Origin: Bacteroidota bacterium
GTDB lineage: Bacteria; Bacteroidota; Rhodothermia; JANXDC01
DNA: 64,000 bases
Reading direction: 5' to 3'
Assembly (NCBI GenBank): GCA_025998875.1
Contig: AP024675.1
Coordinates: forward strand, 1,273,549-1,337,548
The first letter of the stretch is position 1, and every line of letters starts with the position of its first letter. Below are positions 49,888-59,407 of the stretch, piece by piece. Under the pieces are notes generated by a model. That model did not search any database and was not told the DNA's origin. It worked only from the letters and a program-made list of their open reading frames with translations. The translations under genes and the position numbers were made by a program.

Positions 49888-51614
49888 GCGAGTTTAGAGA
49901 CATTCTCGATGAGTTCATCCAGGAGAGCCGGGAACTGCTGGAGCAGGCCGAGGGGGCCCTCATCGAGTTGGAGCGCAGGCCTCAGGAAGGGGCCCTGCTC
50001 GATGCGATCTTCCGGGCCTTTCATACGATCAAGGGCACGGCCTCCTTTGTGGGTCTGGAGCGTACGACCCAGCTCACGCACCGGGCCGAAGATCTGCTCA
50101 ACCGGATGCGCAAGGGGGAACTGCCCGTCACGCCGGCTGTGCTGGACGTGCTCTTTTCCGTAATCGATCGGACGCGCCGGCTTATCGAGTCCGTACAGAG
50201 CCGAGAGGCCGAAGAGGAGTCCATCGATGATGTCCTGCTGATGATCGAGGTGATCCTGGATGTCGAGGTGGGTCCGGGCCGGCCGATATCGCACCACGCG
50301 GAAGCCGTTGAGGGGGCGCAGAGGGAGTCGGACGCTTCGTCACCGATTCAGCCGTCCCAGGAGGGACGCCCCGCTTCCCGCTCCGGGCCCGCTGGGGCAG
50401 AGCCGCGAATGGGGCTCTCGGAGCAGACCATCCGGGTGGATGTGGAGCGATTGGACCATCTCATGAACCTGGTCGGGGAGCTTGTCCTGAGCCGCAATCA
50501 GCTTCTGGAGCTGGCGCGCGTGTTACGGGCCGAGTTGCAGGGAAACGACTCCGCAGAGCGGGTATGGGATATGCTGGCCCAGCTGGATTGGATCACCAAC
50601 GAGATCCAGCGCGCCGTCACCCGTACGCGTATGGTGCCTGTGGGCCGGGTTTTCGCCCGTTTCGAGCGCATGGTGCGCGACCTGGCCCGGGAGCTCGAGA
50701 AGTCCATTCGTTTTGAAGCCTTCGGGGCAGATACGGAGGTTGATAAATCCGTGGCCGAGGTGCTCGTCGATCCCCTGGTGCACCTGATCCGCAATGCGGT
50801 CGATCACGGCATCGAATCTCCCTCTGAGCGCCTGCAGCGGGGCAAACCTGCCGAGGGCAAGGTGCAGCTACGCGCCTATCAGGAGGGAAACACGATCGTG
50901 CTCGAAGTAAGCGATGATGGCCGGGGCATCGATCCGAATTTTGTGCGGCGCCGCGCCGTCGAAAAGGGGCTCCTTTCCCGGGAAGCGGCCGAGGGGCTTT
51001 CGGACCTCGAGGCCCTGCAGTTGATCTTTCTGCCCGGCTTTTCCACGCGCACGGAGGCCAGCAACCTCTCCGGCCGGGGGGTGGGCATGGATGTGGTGCG
51101 GACGAATCTGGCTCGCATAGGGGGCTCGGTGAGCGTGCAGACCGAGCCCGGTCAGGGCACCACCTTTACACTGCGCCTGCCGCTTACGCTGGCTATCATC
51201 CCCGGTCTGACCGTGGGCGTATACGAGGAGTGCTTCATCATCCCGCTGTCGACGGTGCTGGAGATCGTTCGCCTCTCCGATTATCGGGTCGAGGTCAGCG
51301 AGGGACGACGGGTGATCGTGCTTCGGGATCAGATCTTGCCCCTGTACTGGCTCCACGAACTCCTGCAGGTGCCCGCGGGCGCGCCGCCGGCAGGGGAGTA
51401 CGTGGTGGTGCTCGCCGTCGGGGAGCAGCGTTTCGGGCTCGTGGTACACACCCTGGTGGGACAGGAAGAGGTGGTGGTCAAGTCCATCGGTTCGGTCTTT
51501 GGCCAGCTTCCCGGTATTGCGGGCGGCACCATTCGGGGCAATGGGCAGGTGGGCATTATCCTGGATATTCCGGAGCTGTATCGCTACGCGCAGACCCTGG
51601 CATGGGCGGCATGA
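49884..51614 (+). CDS. cheA: Chemotaxis histidine kinase CheA
   Basis: P1 His box FRAFHTIKGTASFVG; HATPase N/G boxes; C-terminal CheW-like domain; start ATG 49884. Confidence 0.9.
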   Translation: MSEFRDILDEFIQESRELLEQAEGALIELERRPQEGALLDAIFRAFHTIKGTASFVGLERTTQLTHRAEDLLNRMRKGELPVTPAVLDVLFSVIDRTRRLIESVQSREAEEESIDDVLLMIEVILDVEVGPGRPISHHAEAVEGAQRESDASSPIQPSQEGRPASRSGPAGAEPRMGLSEQTIRVDVERLDHLMNLVGELVLSRNQLLELARVLRAELQGNDSAERVWDMLAQLDWITNEIQRAVTRTRMVPVGRVFARFERMVRDLARELEKSIRFEAFGADTEVDKSVAEVLVDPLVHLIRNAVDHGIESPSERLQRGKPAEGKVQLRAYQEGNTIVLEVSDDGRGIDPNFVRRRAVEKGLLSREAAEGLSDLEALQLIFLPGFSTRTEASNLSGRGVGMDVVRTNLARIGGSVSVQTEPGQGTTFTLRLPLTLAIIPGLTVGVYEECFIIPLSTVLEIVRLSDYRVEVSEGRRVIVLRDQILPLYWLHELLQVPAGAPPAGEYVVVLAVGEQRFGLVVHTLVGQEEVVVKSIGSVFGQLPGIAGGTIRGNGQVGIILDIPELYRYAQTLAWAA

Positions 51615-52687
51615 ACATGGAGCGGCGCATACGGGTACTCGTCATAGACGATTCGGCTTTTATCCGGCACGCCATCCGGCGCGTGCTCAGCGAGGCCCCC
51701 ACGATCGAGGTGTTGGATATGGCGGCCAACGGTCGGGAGGGGCTGGAGAAGATCCGCGCGCTGCAGCCGGATCTGGTGACGCTCGATCTGGAAATGCCCG
51801 AGATGGACGGGTTTGCTGTCCTGCGCGCACTCCAGCAGGAGGGGCTGCAGGTACCCGTGATCGTGGTCAGCTCCCTGACGCAGGAAGGCGCCGAGGCCAC
51901 CTTGAGGGCGCTGGAGCTGGGTGCGGTGGATTTTGTGCCCAAAACCCATGGGCCGGGCGCCACCGACATTGCCCGGCTGCGCCGAGAGTTGCTGCTAAAG
52001 ATCGAACAGGTGGCATCCGGATACCGGGCTCCCCTCGCCGCTGCCCCTCCTCAAAGGACTCGGTGGGGTGTGCCGGCTCGGAGCGAGGTTCCGGAGCTGG
52101 TGCTCATCGGCGCTTCCACCGGGGGACCTATGGCCCTGCAGCGGATCTTCTCGGCCTGGCGCACCCCGCTCCCGGTTCCGGTGGTTGTCGTGCAGCATAT
52201 GCCCCCATTTTTTACCGCAAGCCTGGCCAGAAGGCTCGATAGCGTATCGGCGCTGCATGTCAAAGAAGCCGAAGATGGGGAACGACTCCAGCCCGGATGG
52301 GCCTACGTGGGGCCCGGCGGACGTCAGATGCGTCTGCTACGTCGCAAAGGAGAGCTCGAGATAGAACTTCACGATGAGCCCTACCCGTCACCCTTTCGGC
52401 CCTCGGTGAATATGGTGGCCAGTTCCGTAGCGGCCATCTGCGGCCCGAGGGCCATCGGGGTGATTCTCACGGGTATGGGAGACGATGGAGCTCTGGGCCT
52501 GAAGGCCATGCGCGATCGAGGGGCCTTCGTTATCGGACAGGATGCGGCCACCTCGGTCATCTATGGCATGCCCAGAGCCGCCTTTGAGCTCGGAGCGGTC
52601 AACGTCCAGTTGCCCCTGGATGAAATTCCGGAGGCTGTAGAGCGATTACTTGCCTGTGCAAGCCCTATCGCCGTGGCGAAAGCATAA
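51611..52687 (+). CDS. cheB: Chemotaxis response regulator protein-glutamate methylesterase CheB
   Basis: Receiver domain (VLVIDDSAFIR...VTLDLEMPEMDG) plus methylesterase domain (GASTGGP, GMGDDG). Confidence 0.9.
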   Translation: MNMERRIRVLVIDDSAFIRHAIRRVLSEAPTIEVLDMAANGREGLEKIRALQPDLVTLDLEMPEMDGFAVLRALQQEGLQVPVIVVSSLTQEGAEATLRALELGAVDFVPKTHGPGATDIARLRRELLLKIEQVASGYRAPLAAAPPQRTRWGVPARSEVPELVLIGASTGGPMALQRIFSAWRTPLPVPVVVVQHMPPFFTASLARRLDSVSALHVKEAEDGERLQPGWAYVGPGGRQMRLLRRKGELEIELHDEPYPSPFRPSVNMVASSVAAICGPRAIGVILTGMGDDGALGLKAMRDRGAFVIGQDAATSVIYGMPRAAFELGAVNVQLPLDEIPEAVERLLACASPIAVAKA

Positions 52688-52704
52688 ACAGGAGGGAGCA
52701 TCCT

Positions 52705-53091
52705 ATGGAGCTCACCATTCTGGTCGTGGACGATTCCCCCACCATGCGGCGGATCATCTGCAACACGCTGGACCGGCTCGGCTACAAGAATCATGTGGAG
52801 GCCGAAAACGGACAGCAGGCCTGGGAACTCATTCAGAAAGGGGGGATCAACTTCCTGCTTACAGACTGGAACATGCCCGAGATGAACGGCCTGGAGCTGG
52901 TAACAACCATACGGCGTTCGCCGGCGCATAAAGATCTGCCCATCATTATGATCACCACCAAGGGCATGACCGAAGAGGTGCTGGAAGCCGTCAAGGCCGG
53001 GGTGAATAACTATATCGTCAAACCGTTCACCCCCGAGGTGCTGGAAGAGAAGATCAAAGCCGTTCTGGCCAAGATGGCCGTAGCTAGATAA
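52705..53091 (+). CDS. cheY: Chemotaxis response regulator CheY
   Basis: 128-aa single receiver domain (DDSPTMRR, TDWNMPEMNG, KPF). Confidence 0.9.
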   Translation: MELTILVVDDSPTMRRIICNTLDRLGYKNHVEAENGQQAWELIQKGGINFLLTDWNMPEMNGLELVTTIRRSPAHKDLPIIMITTKGMTEEVLEAVKAGVNNYIVKPFTPEVLEEKIKAVLAKMAVAR

Positions 53092-53108
53092 CGGGAGGGG
53101 AAGAGGCC

Positions 53109-53744
53109 ATGGAGAAGAACGGACAAAACGTGCAACAGCAGGTACTGGAGCGCATCGAGCAACTCAAGCATTTGTTCTTGCTGGGGCAGGAGATCCTGCC
53201 GTTTCTGGAGCAGTTGTTCATCTTTCTGAAAGAAATCGCCCCCTTGATGAGCGAGCTCTCGCGATCCGTTTTTGAAGGCTCGTTGCGCATGCCGGAGGCC
53301 ACTAACGAGATCGAGTCCATACACGCCAAAACCTCAGACGCCACGTTCCGTATTCTGGCCCGTACCGAACAGCTGCTCGCCGACCTGGAGACCCTCCGTA
53401 TGGAGCTGGCCTCCGGAGAAAACACCGGACAGTGGGCCGAAAAGGTCGACCGGGCCCACGAGGCCGTGATGGATATCATGACCTCCCTGCAGTTTCACGA
53501 CATCGTGACGCAGAAGCTGGCCGCCGTACGGGATGTGCTCACGCGCGTGCAGAATCAGCTCATCGAGCTTTTTGAGAGCTTCCATCGGCTGGAAATCGAC
53601 TCCAACCTCAAGCGCAACCTTATGGCCGCCATGGGCATTACCGAGGAGGAACTGCAGCGCCTTGTGGCACTGCGCAATCACCAACCCGCGGCGAAACCGG
53701 AGGTGAGCATTTCGCAGGCCGATATCGATGCGCTCTTTGCCTGA
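53109..53744 (+). CDS. CheZ-like chemotaxis phosphatase (remote homolog)
   Basis: Helical 211-aa protein directly after cheY; LQFHDIVTQKL matches CheZ active-site segment FQDLTGQVI (D-x3-Q). Confidence 0.5.
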   Translation: MEKNGQNVQQQVLERIEQLKHLFLLGQEILPFLEQLFIFLKEIAPLMSELSRSVFEGSLRMPEATNEIESIHAKTSDATFRILARTEQLLADLETLRMELASGENTGQWAEKVDRAHEAVMDIMTSLQFHDIVTQKLAAVRDVLTRVQNQLIELFESFHRLEIDSNLKRNLMAAMGITEEELQRLVALRNHQPAAKPEVSISQADIDALFA

Positions 53745-53820
53745 GCGTTGCGCTGGCCCGCCGGAGGGGTTAAATTGCCCTCCACAGACGAGAGCGGGAC
53801 GGTGGAGGGTCAAGGCAGGT

Positions 53821-55293
53821 ATGGCTACGGGTTCCCGAAGGGTTCTCATTGTTGAGGATGAGCCCTTGCTCAATACGTATCTCAAAAAACTGCTCACCCG
53901 GCACGCTTTCGAGGTGGACACCTTCATCGACCCCGAACAGGCCCTGGAGGCCTTCAGCAGGCAACCGTATGATCTGGTGATCACAGATTACAAGATGCCC
54001 AATCTGACCGGTGAGGATGTGCTTCGTCGGGTCAAGGAAATGAAACCGGATGTGGGCGTTATCGTGATCACCGCATACGGGACGATTCAGAACGCGGTTC
54101 GCTGTATCCAGTTGGGGGCTTTCGATTACATCACCAAGCCGTTTCCTCCGGATGCGCTCATCGAACGCATACAGGCCTTCTTTGCCCAGCGGGAATCTGC
54201 CCCGCTGGAAGGGGAGGGTAGGGAGTCGAGACGTCGGCGATCGAGCAGAAGCGAATACGGGGCGGTTTTCATCGGCGAGCATCCCAAGATCGTGCAGCTG
54301 CGTCAGCTGGCCCGTCAGCTGGCGCAGAACGATGCCCCCGTGCTCATTCAGGGGGAAAACGGTACGGGCAAGGAGGTACTGGCGCGTTTCATCCACGCCC
54401 ACAGCCGACGTGCCCGGGGCCCCTACGTGGCCATCAACTGCGCCAATTTGCCGCGGGAGCTGGTCGAAAGTACCCTGTTCGGGCATAAAAAAGGGGCTTT
54501 TACCGGCGCCATCGAGGATGCCTCCGGAGCTTTCGAGCAGGCCCGAGGGGGTACGTTGCTGCTTGATGAAATCACGGAGATCGAGCTGCCTATCCAGGCC
54601 AAGCTGCTGCGCGTGCTCCAGGAGCGGGAGTTTACCCGCGTGGGGAGCCATGAGCCCATTGTGGCCGATGTGCGCGTGATCGCCACCACGAACCGGGACA
54701 TTCACGAGGCCATCGCGCGGGGGCTGTTCCGTGAGGACCTGTATCACCGCCTGAGCGTCTTCCCGATCGTGATCCCTCCCCTTCGGGAACGGGCTTCCGA
54801 CATCCCGGTTCTGGCGCGCCACTTCGTGCAGAAGTATACCGCTCTCTATAACCTGCCCGAAAAGGAGCTCGCTTCCGATCTGGTGGAGGCGCTGCTGGCC
54901 TACGACTGGCCGGGAAACGTGAGACAGCTGGAAAACCTCATCCACCGGGGTGTGTTGCTCTCCGGAGATCGGAGGCGGATCGAGGTCGAGGACGTCTTTT
55001 CCGAGTATTTCTCCGACCGCGTACTGTTCCGCGCGGTGCGGCGTGGTTCGGAGGAAAAAACCCGCACCCTCGAGCCCGTAGCCGGGGATGCTTCTGATGA
55101 GCCTTCGGCCTCGGCGCTTGTTTCGGAGCCGGATGTGCCGCTAAAACCCCTCGAGGAGGTGGAGCGTTTGCTGATTCTGAAGGCGCTGGCGGAGGCCAAC
55201 CAGAATCAGCAGCGCGCCGCCGCCATGCTCGGCATCAGCGCGCGCACGATCCGCAACAAACTCCGCCAGTACCGACAGCAGGGTTTACTCTAA
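53821..55293 (+). CDS. Sigma-54-dependent response regulator (FleR/FlgR-like)
   Basis: N-terminal receiver; AAA+ Walker A GENGTGKE; GAFTGA sigma-54 contact motif; C-terminal HTH. Confidence 0.85.
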   Translation: MATGSRRVLIVEDEPLLNTYLKKLLTRHAFEVDTFIDPEQALEAFSRQPYDLVITDYKMPNLTGEDVLRRVKEMKPDVGVIVITAYGTIQNAVRCIQLGAFDYITKPFPPDALIERIQAFFAQRESAPLEGEGRESRRRRSSRSEYGAVFIGEHPKIVQLRQLARQLAQNDAPVLIQGENGTGKEVLARFIHAHSRRARGPYVAINCANLPRELVESTLFGHKKGAFTGAIEDASGAFEQARGGTLLLDEITEIELPIQAKLLRVLQEREFTRVGSHEPIVADVRVIATTNRDIHEAIARGLFREDLYHRLSVFPIVIPPLRERASDIPVLARHFVQKYTALYNLPEKELASDLVEALLAYDWPGNVRQLENLIHRGVLLSGDRRRIEVEDVFSEYFSDRVLFRAVRRGSEEKTRTLEPVAGDASDEPSASALVSEPDVPLKPLEEVERLLILKALAEANQNQQRAAAMLGISARTIRNKLRQYRQQGLL

Positions 55294-55773
55294 CGGTTCC
55301 CGACGCAGCTGCCGCAGGATGCGTTCGGCCAGCGCCCGTCGTACCTCGATCCGATCATAATAGCCGCCCTGGAGCCGCTCTACTATGAGCTCCGAATCAG
55401 CGGGGCCCGAGGTCTCCAACTCACGGCTCTTCTCCGAACTCCGCACCAGCTCCTCGGCCAGCTGACGGATAAAATCGTCCCGGTTATAGAAGCCTTCTTG
55501 CAGGCGGGCCTGGATTGTCCTCAGATGGGCCTGTCGCTCCCGATCGAGGGCGTACAGCGCCTGACGGGCGAACTGGACTGTGCGGGCTTCGGGCTCCTGC
55601 CAGGCGCGGATCTCCAGGCGTACGGCCTCCGGGGAAGCGCCTGTCTCCGGGGGCTCATCGGTGGGCCTGGTTGCGGAGGGTTCCGCGGTGCGGACTTTGC
55701 CGGGCGAGCCTCCCCGAATCCCGGTGGACGGGGAGGGTTGTGCGGCGTCGGGAAGTAGCTTGCGAATATCCAT
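55285..55773 (-). CDS. Hypothetical protein, disordered N-terminus with duplicated C-terminal helix motif (possible FlgM-like anti-sigma-28)
   Basis: Pro/Ser/Thr-rich N-terminus then two copies of a G-aromatic-Y...D...I..LAE..L segment loosely resembling FlgM C-terminus; last gene of filament operon. Confidence 0.3.
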   Translation of the reverse strand: MDIRKLLPDAAQPSPSTGIRGGSPGKVRTAEPSATRPTDEPPETGASPEAVRLEIRAWQEPEARTVQFARQALYALDRERQAHLRTIQARLQEGFYNRDDFIRQLAEELVRSSEKSRELETSGPADSELIVERLQGGYYDRIEVRRALAERILRQLRREPLE

Positions 55774-55776
55774 GGC

Positions 55777-56124
55777 CTACCCTTCCCACTCTAGCCATCC
55801 CCCATCGGATGATCGAGGCCGATAGCGGTCCTGGGCCTCCGCGTAACGGTGAAGCTCCGCCAAAGCGGCCTCACAGGCGGCCAGCTGTTCTCGTAAGCGG
55901 CTTTCGAGCTCCCGCTCCTTCTGGGCGATCCGTTCTAGGCAATCGCGCATCTCTTGGTCTTCGCTTTGGCCGGTCTGCGGCTCCCGAAGGAGTTCCTGCA
56001 ATTCCCGTTCCCTTTCTTCGAGCAGTTCGAGCGCGCCCGTGGTATCATGAGTGTGCAAGGCGTTCAGGATCTGCTCCGTAAGGTGCTCGATGCGCCGCAG
56101 GCGCGCCGTTGCTCTCATGGTCAT
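55777..56124 (-). CDS. Hypothetical coiled-coil protein (possible FliT-like chaperone)
   Basis: 115 aa, Glu/Leu/Arg-rich heptad pattern; location downstream of flaG/fliD/fliS; overlaps flaG 3' end by ~80 nt so start is uncertain. Confidence 0.3.
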   Translation of the reverse strand: MTMRATARLRRIEHLTEQILNALHTHDTTGALELLEERERELQELLREPQTGQSEDQEMRDCLERIAQKERELESRLREQLAACEAALAELHRYAEAQDRYRPRSSDGGWLEWEG

Positions 56125-56533
56125 CCCCCTGGAGGCTGCTCAGCAGGTTCTGCAGGCTCTGGACCAGCTCCAGAAACTCCGTGGGCGGAATCTCCCGGAT
56201 CACCTCTCCCGTGTCCGGATCGATCAGGCGCGTGATGATACGGCCTGTTTCCGGATGCACCTGAAAGGTAATCGCGATCCGATTGGCCCGCAAGACCATA
56301 TCCCGCTGCCGGAGCCATTCCTGCAGATGCCGGATCTGTAGGCCCAGCTCGGAAAGCTCAACGGCTTCCTGAAGCCCGGCGTTGTTCTGCCGCTCCGGGG
56401 TATTCGAGAGCTCGGATTCGGAAAAGTGCGTCGATCGATCCGAAGCCGTCGCCTCTGAGGGGGCGACCGGACGTACGGGGGGAAGGGGGGCCGGCAGGGG
56501 TTGTATGCGTTCTATGGGTGCGAGGTTGGCCAT
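56045..56533 (-). CDS. flaG: Flagellar protein FlaG
   Basis: ITFQVHPETGRIITRLIDPDTGEVIREIPPTEFLEL matches FlaG core. Confidence 0.7.
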   Translation of the reverse strand: MANLAPIERIQPLPAPLPPVRPVAPSEATASDRSTHFSESELSNTPERQNNAGLQEAVELSELGLQIRHLQEWLRQRDMVLRANRIAITFQVHPETGRIITRLIDPDTGEVIREIPPTEFLELVQSLQNLLSSLQGDDHESNGAPAAHRAPYGADPERLAHS

Positions 56534-56549
56534 GACGGCTCCTCCTCTA

Positions 56550-58028
56550 TTATCGGTGGATCGTCAGTTGCGCCATGTAGGCCTGCAAGGCGCTCATCTG
56601 GGATTCGGCTTTGGAGAGCGCATCCCGCAGTTGAGCAAACTGCCGGCGCAGTTGCTCTTCGCGCACCTTCATGCGCGCCTCGAAGTCCGATATCTGTTTG
56701 TTCGTGCGCCCAAGCTGAGCGTCTATGCTCTCCTGCATGCGCTGCAGGGTGCCATCCTGCCGCCGGTAGCTATCGACCAGCGCGTTGAGCCGGGTGGCCA
56801 GCCCATCTGGGCCGGCAAAGAAGGCCCGCACAGCCTCCGGATCCTCCTCCAGCGCCTGTGCCAGCCGGGCCGGATGGGAGATCGTCAGCCGTCCTTCCCG
56901 GTCGGCGGTGATGCCCAGCGCGGCGAGCGTGCTGTAGGTGCCGGAGACGCGCTCCAGCGCGCTTCGCCGCAGACTGCCGAGCAGGCCCAGCACAAGGCCA
57001 TCGCCCGCCAGCGGGCCACGGGTCCGGGAGGCGGAGTTTATGCTCGTGTGGGTGCGCAGCGTGGAGAGCGCCTCGTTGTAGGCGCGCAAAAAGTCCTCTA
57101 TCGATCGGCGCGCCGCGGCCCCATCGCGGGAAACGGTTACGGTGACCTCCTGGGTCGTGGGGGCCAGGAGGGTAAGGGTGAGCCCTTCGATGGCATCGGA
57201 AACGGTGTTCCCGTCCCGGTAAAACGGCAGGCCGTTTATCGTGAAGGCCGCATTCAAGGACGAGGAGGCCGCATCTGTTCCCGGATCGGCCAGGTATCCT
57301 CCGGAGGATCCGGATGCCAGCCCGTTTCGGGAAAGCTCCAAGGCGCCGAGCAGGCCACCTGCGGAATCGATAAAGCCAAGCCGATATGTATACCCCGTCT
57401 GGGAACTGCTCAGGAGCAGACGGACCGTTCCCCTGTGCTCCTGCACCACGGAGACAGTGGGCTTCTCGGAGCGCAACAACAGGCCATCGGATACGGCCTG
57501 ATCGAGAGCACCTGCAATGGCCGCGGCGATCTCCTGCAGGATGGTGGCGTTATCCGATCCGGTGGGATTGAGCGTGACGGCGATTTGCAGACGCCCTTCG
57601 GGGTCGGATTCGGTGGGATGGGCCACTTCGAGCCAGAAGGTCTGGGGACCGTTTGCGTCGAAGAAGGCGCGCAGCTCAGATCCGCTCCGACTGTACTGCT
57701 GCGAGACGCGTGTGTCGGCCCGTGCCAGGCGCTGGACCGAAACGGTATACGTGGCCGGTGAGGCCAGTTGCGAAGCGCTGACCCGCAGGAGCTCAGGGTG
57801 AGAGGAGCTGGCGGTTTTGGCCACGAAGGCCCCACCTTGAGGATCGAGGAGGTTGTTCAGCTGGGTCTGCAGCGCACTCAAGCGGCTTTGCAGCTCAGCG
57901 AGCGCGGAGCGGCGCGTCTCCAGACGTTTGCGCTGCTCGAGGAGTCGGTTTTTGGGCGTGCTTTCGTACTGGATGATCTTCTCGATCAACTGCTCATAGG
58001 GATCGTTGAGCAACTGGTTGATCAGCAT
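56550..58028 (-). CDS. fliD: Flagellar filament cap protein FliD
   Basis: N-terminal and C-terminal coiled-coil FliD regions; start placed at ATG 58026-58028, 2 nt after fliS stop (track ORF begins at GTG 58058). Confidence 0.8.
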   Translation of the reverse strand: MLINQLLNDPYEQLIEKIIQYESTPKNRLLEQRKRLETRRSALAELQSRLSALQTQLNNLLDPQGGAFVAKTASSSHPELLRVSASQLASPATYTVSVQRLARADTRVSQQYSRSGSELRAFFDANGPQTFWLEVAHPTESDPEGRLQIAVTLNPTGSDNATILQEIAAAIAGALDQAVSDGLLLRSEKPTVSVVQEHRGTVRLLLSSSQTGYTYRLGFIDSAGGLLGALELSRNGLASGSSGGYLADPGTDAASSSLNAAFTINGLPFYRDGNTVSDAIEGLTLTLLAPTTQEVTVTVSRDGAAARRSIEDFLRAYNEALSTLRTHTSINSASRTRGPLAGDGLVLGLLGSLRRSALERVSGTYSTLAALGITADREGRLTISHPARLAQALEEDPEAVRAFFAGPDGLATRLNALVDSYRRQDGTLQRMQESIDAQLGRTNKQISDFEARMKVREEQLRRQFAQLRDALSKAESQMSALQAYMAQLTIHR

Positions 58029-58030
58029 GG

Positions 58031-58339
58031 CTATCGCTTGAGCACGTGGTTTTTCCACTGCTGGCGTAGTTCGGCCAGCACTTCACGTACGGCCTCGAAA
58101 TGGCCATTGTGCGTCTGATGCAGACAGTACATGTAGAGCTCGAAGAACGTACGGGCCACCTCCTCGTAGTCGAAATTCAGGCTGTTGATCAGCTCCCGGA
58201 GTACGAGGCGCAGCCGGTCACGGTCGCGGCGCGCACAGGCCTGTAGCCCGAGGTCATAGAGGGTAAGGACTAATTCTTCCGGGGAGGCAGACAGAATTTC
58301 CTGCTGTTTGTACTGTCGGGCGTACTGCTGGGCGAGCAT
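58031..58339 (-). CDS. fliS: Flagellar export chaperone FliS
   Basis: 102-aa helical bundle protein with FliS-like core (LTLYDLGLQACARRD...FELYMYC). Confidence 0.75.
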   Translation of the reverse strand: MLAQQYARQYKQQEILSASPEELVLTLYDLGLQACARRDRDRLRLVLRELINSLNFDYEEVARTFFELYMYCLHQTHNGHFEAVREVLAELRQQWKNHVLKR

Positions 58340-58386
58340 GGCGCTGTTTCCCTTGCTTGCTGGATCCGGACATCAAGTCCTGTACC

Positions 58387-58421
58387 GGAAAAGGAGGGGA
58401 GGGGTTTCCGCCCTCCCCTCC
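58387..58421 (-). terminator. Rho-independent terminator downstream of fliC
   Basis: On minus strand: stem GGAGGGGAGGG, loop CGGAAA, stem CCCTCCCCTCC, then TTTTCC; lies 10 nt after fliC stop. Confidence 0.7.
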
Positions 58422-58430
58422 AGGTTGCTA

Positions 58431-59309
58431 TTAGCGGAACAGGGAGAGCACGGCCTGGGGATTGGCGTTGGCCTGCGCCAGGGCAACGGTGGCCGTCTGC
58501 TGCAGGATCTGCAACTTGGCCACGCGCAGCTGCTCCTTGGCAAAATCGGCATCAAAGACCCGGCTGCGAGCCCCCTCCGTGTTCGTGATCTGCGCGGAGA
58601 GCATGTTTTCCTTGACCGTGAGCCGCGTCTGGAAGGCGCCCAGGTCCCGGATGGCCGCGCTTACCGTGGAAATTGCCTGGTCAATAGAGGCCAGCGCCGC
58701 CGAGAAGCTGGCCGCCGACGACGATCCGGTGAGCGCACCCGATCCGGTGACCACCCCGCTGAGCAGACCCACGGACTGGAAGGTCGTGGTGCTGCCGCTG
58801 GAGGTGATGGAGAAGGTCACGGTGTCGGAGTTGTCCGGACCCACGTGGAACTGGAGGGTGCTCGAGGAAGAGTTGTAGTCCTTCAGCAGGGCGCGTCCGT
58901 TGTACTTGGTCTGCTCGACGATCTGGTCGATCTCCCGACCCAGGGCCTGGATGTCGGCCACGATGGCGGTGCGCTCCTCTTGCGCCATGGAATCATTGGC
59001 CCCGCGGGTGACCTTCTCCTTGATCGTCTGCAGGATGTCCATGATCGACTGCAGACCGCCCTCGGCCACCGAGAGCATGTTCTTGGCGTCCCCGATGTTG
59101 TCCAGGGCCGCGCTCAGCCCCCGAATGCGGGCCTCGAGCTTCTTGCCCAGGGCATAGCCGGCCGAATCGTCCTCGGCCGAGTTGATCCGATAGCCCGTGG
59201 CCAGACGCGTCTGCCGCACGCCCAGCTCCCGGTTGATGCGAAAGAGCGAATTGAGCGCGCCCAGGGACTGAGCATCGGAATTGATGCGCGTCAGATCTCC
59301 GAACGGCAT
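58431..59309 (-). CDS. fliC: Flagellin
   Basis: Conserved flagellin N-terminal (LRINSAEDDSAGYA) and C-terminal (QILQQTATVALAQANANPQAVLSLFR) helices; short Ser/Thr-rich central region. Confidence 0.9.
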   Translation of the reverse strand: MPFGDLTRINSDAQSLGALNSLFRINRELGVRQTRLATGYRINSAEDDSAGYALGKKLEARIRGLSAALDNIGDAKNMLSVAEGGLQSIMDILQTIKEKVTRGANDSMAQEERTAIVADIQALGREIDQIVEQTKYNGRALLKDYNSSSSTLQFHVGPDNSDTVTFSITSSGSTTTFQSVGLLSGVVTGSGALTGSSSAASFSAALASIDQAISTVSAAIRDLGAFQTRLTVKENMLSAQITNTEGARSRVFDADFAKEQLRVAKLQILQQTATVALAQANANPQAVLSLFR

Positions 59310-59379
59310 GGCAGTACTCCTTTTTACTTGGGGTTTGGGGTGGTTGGCCAGGTTCTCTGGCTTTTCTTCTCCGAGGGTA

Positions 59380-59407
59380 GTTATCGGTACGATGAGAAAA
59401 AACTTAA
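59380..59407 (-). promoter_or_regulatory. Candidate sigma-28 (FliA) class III promoter for fliC
   Basis: Minus strand reads TTTAAG-N14-ACCGATAA versus consensus TAAA-N15-GCCGATAA; -10 element ~70 nt upstream of fliC start. Confidence 0.5.

Noticed and set aside
56382-57761. 459-aa plus-strand ORF
   Set aside because: Antisense to fliD; Gly/Arg-rich
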